A DNA stretch of 32,000 bases from Pseudodesulfovibrio mercurii (GTDB taxonomy: Bacteria; Desulfobacterota; Desulfovibrionia; Desulfovibrionales; Desulfovibrionaceae): contig NC_016803.1 of assembly GCF_000189295.2 (NCBI RefSeq), positions 3,600,001 to 3,632,000 on the forward strand, in the 5' to 3' direction. The notes beneath the pieces were generated by a model. That model was not told the origin of the DNA and made no database searches. It saw only the letters and a list, made by a program, of their open reading frames with translations. Both the position numbers and the translations under genes were made by a program. Position 1 is the stretch's first letter. Each line of letters begins with the position of its first letter. This document shows, piece after piece, positions 26,114-32,000 of this stretch.

Positions 26114-26769
26114 GCCTCCTCCCGGTTGCGCATGACCGCACCGAGCAGGTCCCGCTCCCGGATGCGGATGATGCGCACGTCGTCCGCGTCCCGGCCGATG
26201 GCCACCAGACCCTGGTCGGCCAGGCCGTGGAGATAGCCCTCGATGCGCTCCGGTCCGGCGACGAAGGCCTCGGCCAGGCTCCTGACCGTGGCGTCGTACT
26301 TCAGCTCCGTCGTGCCGCAGGCGGAGAAGAGGTCGAGGATGCGGACCACGCCGAGCCCCACGGACGGGACCTTCATGGCCTTGCGCGTGGTGGCCTTGAG
26401 CCGGTTGACCAGCACGGTTATGATCGAGGCGATGACCCTGGGCGATTGGCGCATGAATTCCTCCAGGTCGTCGCGCGTGACCACGATGACCTTGGAGTCC
26501 TCCAGGGCGATGGCCGTGGCCGTGCGCACGCCGTCGTCCAGGAACAGGGCCATCTCGCCGAAGATGGAGATGGGCTTGAGTATGGCGAAGACCTTCTTGC
26601 GGTCCGCCACGGTGCCGGAAATCTCGATCCTGCCCTCGGTCAGGATGTAGGCGGCGTCGCCCTTGCCGCCCTCGGTGAAGACCACGTTGTGCCTGAGCAC
26701 GTTGCGCATCAGGTAGTTCCCGCGCGAGACCGGTTTCAACTGGACGTTCTGCTGGGTGATCATGGACAC
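26110..26769 (-). CDS. Crp/Fnr-family regulator (cNMP-binding domain plus C-terminal winged helix)
   Basis: cNMP-binding beta-roll pattern (VVFTEGGKGDAAYILTEGRIEIS...IFGEMALF...RTATAIALEDSKV). The C-terminal wHTH-like segment is VRSLAEAFVAGPERIEGYLHGLADQGLV. Confidence 0.8.
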   Translation of the reverse strand: MSMITQQNVQLKPVSRGNYLMRNVLRHNVVFTEGGKGDAAYILTEGRIEISGTVADRKKVFAILKPISIFGEMALFLDDGVRTATAIALEDSKVIVVTRDDLEEFMRQSPRVIASIITVLVNRLKATTRKAMKVPSVGLGVVRILDLFSACGTTELKYDATVRSLAEAFVAGPERIEGYLHGLADQGLVAIGRDADDVRIIRIRERDLLGAVMRNREEA

Positions 26770-26830
26770 GGCGGGGTTCCTTTTCCCTTGTTGCGGATGA
26801 TTGCTGCCGGCTGTCCGGCGACCGCGCCGG

Positions 26831-28795
26831 TCAGCGCAGGACCACCGAGTTGCGGCCCGATTCCTTGGCCTTGTACAGGGCCTCGTCGGCCCGCTTGAGC
26901 AGTTCGTTGATGGAGTCCTCGGCGTTCAGGGCCGCCACCCCGATGGACACGGTCACGGCCATGTCGCCGACCTCGGTGGAGACGGGTTTGGACGCGGTCA
27001 TGGCCCGGATGCGTTCGGCCACCTCCACGGCCCGTTCGGCGTCGGTCTCCACCAGCAGGGCGGCGAACTCCTCGCCGCCCATGCGGGCGAAGACGTCGGT
27101 CTTGCGGGAATCGGCCCTGCAGCGCAGGGCGAAGGTGCGCAGGACCTCGTCCCCGATGGCGTGGCCGTGGGAGTCGTTGACCTCCTTGAAGTGGTCGAGG
27201 TCGCACATGAGCACGGCCAGGGGGCGGTTGAACCGCCTGGCCCGCGCCAGTTCGTGCCGGGCCCGCTGGAAAAAGGCGTGGCGGTTGTATGCCCCGGTCA
27301 GCTGGTCGCGGGTGGCCATGCGTTCGAGGCGTGCCTCCAGCCGCCGCTTCTCGGTGACGTCGTGGACGATGGAGTAGTGCAGCTGGCGGCGGCCCAGGGA
27401 GACCGGTCCGGTGAAGACCTCCACGTCCCGCCGGGTGCCGTCCTTGAGGGTGTGCACGTGCTTGAAATAGTTGCGCCGCTCTTCGGACGCCGCCTTGAGC
27501 TCCCGGTACATCTGGTCGTCGCTCATGCAGTCCAGCTGGCGGATGGTCATGGAGGTCAGTTCCTCGTTGCTGTAGCCGTAGTATCGGCAGGCCGCCGGAT
27601 TGACGAACTGGATGGTCGAGTCCAGGGGGTCGTGCAGGATCATGACCGCCTTGTTCTCCTCGAAGAAGGCGCGGTGCAGTTCGTCGCGTTCCGCCATGGC
27701 CCGCTCGGCCGCCACCTGGTCCGTGACGTCCTGCATGATGCCGTTGAAGAACCCCTCGGGGGTCAGCCGTCCCGAGAGCTCGGCCCACAGGCGCGTGTCG
27801 TCCAGGCGGCGCAGTTGGAGCCGGAAGCGGGAGACCTCCCCGTCCCGGCGCAGGAGCTCCCACAGCCGGTTCCGGTCCTCGGGGTGCACGTAGTGGTTCA
27901 GGGCGCTGACCCTGACCATGCTGCCGGTGGACGGGTAGCCCATGATGTCGGCCACGGTCCTGTTGCCCTCGATGACCATGCCGTCCGGCGCGATGAGGTA
28001 GATGCCCACCAGAGCGTTCTCGAAGAGCTGGCGGTAGCGCTTCTCGCTGTCGGCCAGGGCCGCCTCCTTGGCCGCGATGTGCCGCAGGGTGGCGTTGTGG
28101 GCTTCGATGACCTCGCCGATCTCGTCGTCGCTGCGCCAGTCCGCCTCGGTCCAGCGGCCGGTCTCCCCGGTGGTGCGGATGGCGGCCAGCAGCGCATCGA
28201 GCGGGCGGCTCACGGTCCGGTGGAAGGCGAAGACCGCCCCGGCCAGGGTCACGGCGATGATCGCCAGGTAGGAGATCATCTGCCACAGGAACTCCTGGCG
28301 GAAGCGCCGCTCCGCAAAGGTGTGCGTGTAGTGGATGGCCAGCCTGCCCATGTCCGCGCGGGTCCCGTCCGGCATGCGCCGGTAGATGTCCCGCCACACG
28401 GTCTTGAGCCCGTCCACCCGGTCCTCCGGCGTGATGCCGTAGGACAGGAAGAGGTCGCCCTTCTCGTCGTAAATCTCGGCCCCGAGCATGGCCGGGTTGC
28501 TGGAGATGGTCGCCAGGGCGCTGACCATCTCCTCGGTCTGGTAGTTCCACAGCAGCCCGTCCAGCACGCGGCTGGTGGCCGTGGCGAAGACGCCGACGTC
28601 GGTGTCGATCTTGGTCATGGCGTCGTGCCGGGTGAAGTTCCCGACCACGAGCATGAGCGTCAGAGTACCCACCACCAGAAGCGGCAGGATGCGCACCAGG
28701 AACTTGAAGACCAGGGACCTGGCGTCGAACATGCCGGGCGGCCCCGGGCGGGGGGCGTCGGCCCGTTCGGCCTGTCTGTCCGGAGGTGCGGCCAT
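26831..28795 (-). CDS. Membrane sensor diguanylate cyclase (N-terminal TM/periplasmic sensor, HAMP-like, two PAS, GGDEF)
   Basis: The C-terminal GGDEF domain has active-type GGEEF (RMGGEEFAALL) and an RxxD I-site (RKTD) 5 residues upstream. PAS-like segments (YRQLFENALVGIYLIAPDG, HRAFFEENKAVMILHDP). Met 28732 is an alternative start. Confidence 0.9.
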   Translation of the reverse strand: MAAPPDRQAERADAPRPGPPGMFDARSLVFKFLVRILPLLVVGTLTLMLVVGNFTRHDAMTKIDTDVGVFATATSRVLDGLLWNYQTEEMVSALATISSNPAMLGAEIYDEKGDLFLSYGITPEDRVDGLKTVWRDIYRRMPDGTRADMGRLAIHYTHTFAERRFRQEFLWQMISYLAIIAVTLAGAVFAFHRTVSRPLDALLAAIRTTGETGRWTEADWRSDDEIGEVIEAHNATLRHIAAKEAALADSEKRYRQLFENALVGIYLIAPDGMVIEGNRTVADIMGYPSTGSMVRVSALNHYVHPEDRNRLWELLRRDGEVSRFRLQLRRLDDTRLWAELSGRLTPEGFFNGIMQDVTDQVAAERAMAERDELHRAFFEENKAVMILHDPLDSTIQFVNPAACRYYGYSNEELTSMTIRQLDCMSDDQMYRELKAASEERRNYFKHVHTLKDGTRRDVEVFTGPVSLGRRQLHYSIVHDVTEKRRLEARLERMATRDQLTGAYNRHAFFQRARHELARARRFNRPLAVLMCDLDHFKEVNDSHGHAIGDEVLRTFALRCRADSRKTDVFARMGGEEFAALLVETDAERAVEVAERIRAMTASKPVSTEVGDMAVTVSIGVAALNAEDSINELLKRADEALYKAKESGRNSVVLR

Positions 28796-28808
28796 GGGCG
28801 GTCGCTCC

Positions 28809-29108
28809 CTACGCGAGCTTGCTTTCCACGCTGTGGAGTTTCTGGCTCATGCCGTCGTCGCGGCCCTTGCGGGCGTCCACCTTGATGGTCATGTACAGCC
28901 GGTCCGAGTCCTTCGCGATGGCGCGGTAGCAGCCGTCCACCACCTTCATGACGTCGTCCCATTCGCCTTCGATGCTGGTGCCCATGGGGCAGAGGCGGTA
29001 TTTCAGCCCGGACTCCTTGATGACGTTCAGGGCGCGGGAGACGTAGGTGCTCAGGCCGGAACCGCCCTTGTCCAGGGGAAAGATGGAAAGATCAATGATG
29101 ACACCCAT
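28809..29108 (-). CDS. MTH1187/YkoF-family (DUF77, UPF0045) small ligand-binding protein
   Basis: 99 aa. MGVIIDLSIFPLDKGGSGLSTYVSRALNVIKESGLKYRLCPMGTSIEGEWDDVM fits the family pattern. GGAGGA lies upstream. Confidence 0.8.
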   Translation of the reverse strand: MGVIIDLSIFPLDKGGSGLSTYVSRALNVIKESGLKYRLCPMGTSIEGEWDDVMKVVDGCYRAIAKDSDRLYMTIKVDARKGRDDGMSQKLHSVESKLA

Positions 29109-29593
29109 GGAAAGGTCCTCCTCGGATTGTTGATTCGGCTCCTGTTCTAGCCGAATTGTACCCGGAGTGGAAGAATGGAATCAATTATTGTTTGTTTTGT
29201 CATTTTCCGACTCTTGCGGGCGGAAGTCGGCCGTTCCGAGGGGGGCGGTTCGGGCGGCCGGGCCGGTGCGACCCACGGCCCGCCGGGGCTTGCGGACAGG
29301 ACGTCCTGTGATTTTTGTCACGTGTTCTCGTCTGGACCCTAGCTTGCCGATTCGCTTGAAAGTTTTTTGAAGTTGCCTATTGATTTTGTTTGTAAAGCGC
29401 GATAGGACTTTGTTAATTAATTTTTCCGGGGGGTTATAGCACGAACTCGGAAAAAGAATGTTGATCGTGTCACTTTTTTGTTAATCGTGGCAAAGAGACG
29501 GTCTAGGTCCGAGTTCGGGCGTGTGCCCGGCGGTTGTGCTGGGAATAACGGTGTTCTCAGCATAACAGACTCATTTTATTACGGAGGTGTTCT

Positions 29594-30580
29594 ATGAAAT
29601 TTTCCGTAGGTCATGGCAAGGAAGGTGCCGTGGAACGGCTGGAAAAGCGCGGTGTCTCCCGGCGTGATTTCATGAAGTTCTGCGGAACCGTGGCCGCAGT
29701 GATGGGCATGGGTCCGGCTTTCGCCCCGAAAGTCGCCGAGGCCCTCACAGCTGACAACAGGCCCAACGTGGTCTGGCTGCACAACGCCGAATGCACCGGG
29801 TGTTCGGAATCCATCCTGAGAACCGTCGAGCCTTACATCGACGCCCTCATCCTGGACTACATCTCGCTGAACTACCATGAAACCATCATGGCCGCAGCGG
29901 GTCACGCCGCCGAAAAGGCCCTGTGGGATACGGTCAACGGCGGCAACTACGTGGCCGTCATCGAGGGCGGCGTTCCGACCGCTCCGGCCGGTACCGCCAA
30001 CGAGGCCGGCGCTTACGGCAAGGTCGGCGGGCACACCATGCTCGACACGACCACCAAGGTCGTCAACGGCGCCGCCGCGACCATCACGTACGGCACCTGC
30101 GCCTCCTACGGCGGCGTGCAGAAGGCCGCCCCGAACCCGACCGCTGCCAAGGGCATCGGCGAACTGTTCCCGGGCAAGGCCATCATCAACGTGCCCGGCT
30201 GCCCGCCGAACCCGTTCTCCCTGGTCGGCACCATCGTGCACTTCCTCACCAAGGGTGTTCCCGAGCTCGACGCCGTCGGCCGTCCGATCCCCTTCTACGG
30301 CGAGACCGTGCACGACAACTGCCCGAGGCAGGCGCATTTCGACGCTGACGAATTCGCACCTTCCTTCGGTTCCGAAGAAGCCCGCAAGGGCTGGTGTCTG
30401 CGTAAACTCGGTTGTCGTGGTCCCGAGACCTTCAACAACTGCCCCACGGTCAAGTTCAACCAGTACAACTGGCCTGTTCAGTCCGGCCATCCCTGCATCG
30501 GCTGCTCGCAGCCCGATTTCTGGGACGGCGCCGACTGGGATGGCGAGACCTACTTCTACAGCGACCTGACCCAGCTCTAA
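29594..30580 (+). CDS. hynB: Periplasmic [NiFe] hydrogenase small subunit (Tat-exported, group 1)
   Basis: GGAGG 6 nt upstream of the ATG. Tat motif SRRDFMKF. FeS ligand blocks [36 protein letters not shown]...[17 protein letters not shown]. Pro in GCRGP suggests a 3Fe-4S medial cluster, i.e. the standard [NiFe] type. The symbol follows the D. vulgaris convention; D. gigas naming is reversed. Confidence 0.95.
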   Translation: MKFSVGHGKEGAVERLEKRGVSRRDFMKFCGTVAAVMGMGPAFAPKVAEALTADNRPNVVWLHNAECTGCSESILRTVEPYIDALILDYISLNYHETIMAAAGHAAEKALWDTVNGGNYVAVIEGGVPTAPAGTANEAGAYGKVGGHTMLDTTTKVVNGAAATITYGTCASYGGVQKAAPNPTAAKGIGELFPGKAIINVPGCPPNPFSLVGTIVHFLTKGVPELDAVGRPIPFYGETVHDNCPRQAHFDADEFAPSFGSEEARKGWCLRKLGCRGPETFNNCPTVKFNQYNWPVQSGHPCIGCSQPDFWDGADWDGETYFYSDLTQL

Positions 30581-30645
30581 TGGGTTGTCGCCAGGTTTCG
30601 TTCAACTAACGCAGACTGAATCAGAATTCTTAAGGAGGATACAAT

Positions 30646-32000
30646 ATGTCTGGTTGCTCCCCCAAAGCCGCCCCGATGGCGCACGGGAAACACGACGTAG
30701 TAGTTGATCCGGTCACCAGGATCGAGGGTCACCTGCGCATCGAGGCCGTGGTCGAAGATGGCAAAATCGTTGACGTCCGCAGCAGCTCCCAGCTGTTCCG
30801 CGGTCTGGAGATCATCCTGAAAGGCCGTGATCCCCGCGATGCCCAGCACTTCACCCAGCGCTCCTGCGGCGTCTGCACCTACGTGCACGCGCTCGCTTCC
30901 ATCCGTTGCGTCGACAACGCCGTCGGCGTGGACAAGGAACTGCCCCACAACGCCACCATCATCCGCAACCTGGTGATGGCCGCGCAGTTCATGCATGACC
31001 ATATCGTGCACTTCTATCACCTGCATGCCCTGGACTTCGTTGACGTCACCGGCTGTCTGTCCGCCGACGTCAGCAAGACCGCCGAAATCGCCGCCGCCGT
31101 CGCCAAGACCGTGCGCCCCGATCCCAAGATCGTCTCCTCCAAGGAAGACCTTCAGAAGACCAAGGACACCGTCAAGAGCATCGTCGACTCCGGCCGTCTG
31201 GGCATCTTCACCAACGCTTACTTCCTCGGCGGCCACCCGGCCTACGTCCTGCCGCCCGAGGTCAACCTGCTGGCCACCAACCACTACCTCAACGCCCTGC
31301 ACCTGCAGGTCAAGGCCGCCCGGGCCATGGCAGTGTTCGGCGCCAAGAACCCGCACACCCAGTTCACCGTCATGGGTGGCGTGACCTGCTACGAAGGCCT
31401 GACCGACAAGTACATCAATGACTTCCTGGCTCTGTACGCGGACATCAAGGACTTCATCCTCGACTGCTACATCCCGGACCTCATCGCCGTTGCCGGCTAC
31501 TACAAGGACTGGGCCAAGATCGGCGGCACCACCAACTTCATGAGCTTCGGCGAATACCCGGCTCAGGGTGGCGAGGCCGACCTGAACTCCCGGTACATCA
31601 AACCCGGCGTCATCTTCGACCGCAAGATCACCGACGTCATGGCCTTTGATCCGACCAAGATCGAAGAGCACGTCAAGCACTCCTGGTACAAGGACGACAC
31701 GCCCAAGCATCCCTACGCCGGCGTCACCGATCCCATGTACACCAGCCTGGACGACAAGGCGAAGTACTCCTGGATGAAGGCTCCCCGCTACGACGGCAGA
31801 GCCACCGAGGTCGGCCCCCTGGCCACCTGTCTGGTCAACTACGGCCTGGGTCATCCCGAGTTCGTCAAGTACGTCAACTTCGTGCTCGGCAAACTGGAAG
31901 TCGGCCCGGATGCCCTGTTCTCGACCCTGGGCCGCACCGGCGCCCGCGGTATCGAGTGCCTGATCACCTGCCTGAAGACCGAAGACATGGTCAACGATCT
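30646..32000 (+). CDS. hynA: Periplasmic [NiFe] hydrogenase large subunit (3'-truncated by the window edge)
   Basis: Missing from the ORF track because it has no stop inside the window. ATG at 30646 with AAGGAGGA upstream. My translation is MSGCSPKAAPMAHGKHDVVVDPVTRIEGHLRIEAVVEDGK...QRSCGVCTYVHALAS...FGAKNPHTQF. It carries the RIEGH motif and the N-terminal RxCGxC Ni-ligand motif. Confidence 0.95.
   Translation, partial: MSGCSPKAAPMAHGKHDVVVDPVTRIEGHLRIEAVVEDGKIVDVRSSSQLFRGLEIILKGRDPRDAQHFTQRSCGVCTYVHALASIRCVDNAVGVDKELPHNATIIRNLVMAAQFMHDHIVHFYHLHALDFVDVTGCLSADVSKTAEIAAAVAKTVRPDPKIVSSKEDLQKTKDTVKSIVDSGRLGIFTNAYFLGGHPAYVLPPEVNLLATNHYLNALHLQVKAARAMAVFGAKNPHTQFTVMGGVTCYEGLTDKYINDFLALYADIKDFILDCYIPDLIAVAGYYKDWAKIGGTTNFMSFGEYPAQGGEADLNSRYIKPGVIFDRKITDVMAFDPTKIEEHVKHSWYKDDTPKHPYAGVTDPMYTSLDDKAKYSWMKAPRYDGRATEVGPLATCLVNYGLGHPEFVKYVNFVLGKLEVGPDALFSTLGRTGARGIECLITCLKTEDMVND

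Noticed and set aside
29109-29200. Possible TPP riboswitch in the leader of the MTH1187/YkoF-family (thiamine-binding family) gene
   Set aside because: The conserved TPP-aptamer strings (CUGAGA, ACCUGAUCUGGAUAAUGCCAGCG-like) are absent. Only a simple 7-8 bp hairpin (ATTCGGCT...AGCCGAAT) is present.
29167-29370. 67-aa plus-strand ORF in the hydrogenase upstream region
   Set aside because: It has a GTG start without an SD and an Arg/Pro/Gly-rich composition driven by the embedded GC-rich island. There is no coding periodicity that I can see.
29461-29473. TTGATCGTGTCAC as an FNR/CRP-type site that might be bound by the nearby Crp-like regulator
   Set aside because: The right half (TCAC) does not mirror the left half (TTGAT). 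It is neither TTGAT-N4-ATCAA nor TGTGA-N6-TCACA. It is a half-site at best.

Overview
High-GC, gene-dense chromosomal window that looks like a Desulfovibrio/Pseudodesulfovibrio-type sulfate reducer. That assignment is an inference from the periplasmic Tat-exported [NiFe] hydrogenase, the strong GC3 codon bias and the gene content. I support about 33 protein genes. They include the conserved rpmH-rnpA-yidD-yidC-jag-mnmE block, groES-groEL, nhaA, an OpgD/OpgG-type glucan protein, an OlsF-like bifunctional acyltransferase, a bacteriohemerythrin and a LysR regulator. There are also two minus-strand operons (PNPOx-SGNH-threonine aldolase-LOG, and MTH1187-GGDEF cyclase-Crp-like-GNAT) and the start of a hynBA-type hydrogenase operon that runs off the right edge. 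I see no tRNA or rRNA genes, CRISPR array, transposase, integrase or recognisable defence genes, and I cannot point to a convincing new multi-gene system. The most unusual signal is non-coding. It is a four-copy family of roughly 105-180 bp structured elements, each sitting 0-10 nt after a stop codon and oriented with that gene. Each copy has a long perfect hairpin whose arms differ between copies only by mirrored (compensatory) changes. Secondary items: rnpA has a conserved N-terminal half but no canonical start codon. The [NiFe] hydrogenase large subunit starts with a lipobox-like MSGC. A phased TGTTC direct-repeat array lies upstream of a UPF0280 gene. A roughly 76-nt symmetric hairpin lies between jag and mnmE. 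An unknown 89-aa ORF is translationally coupled to mnmE. Three intrinsic terminators share a near-identical core. The many long ORFs antisense to real genes in the supplied track are high-GC artefacts.
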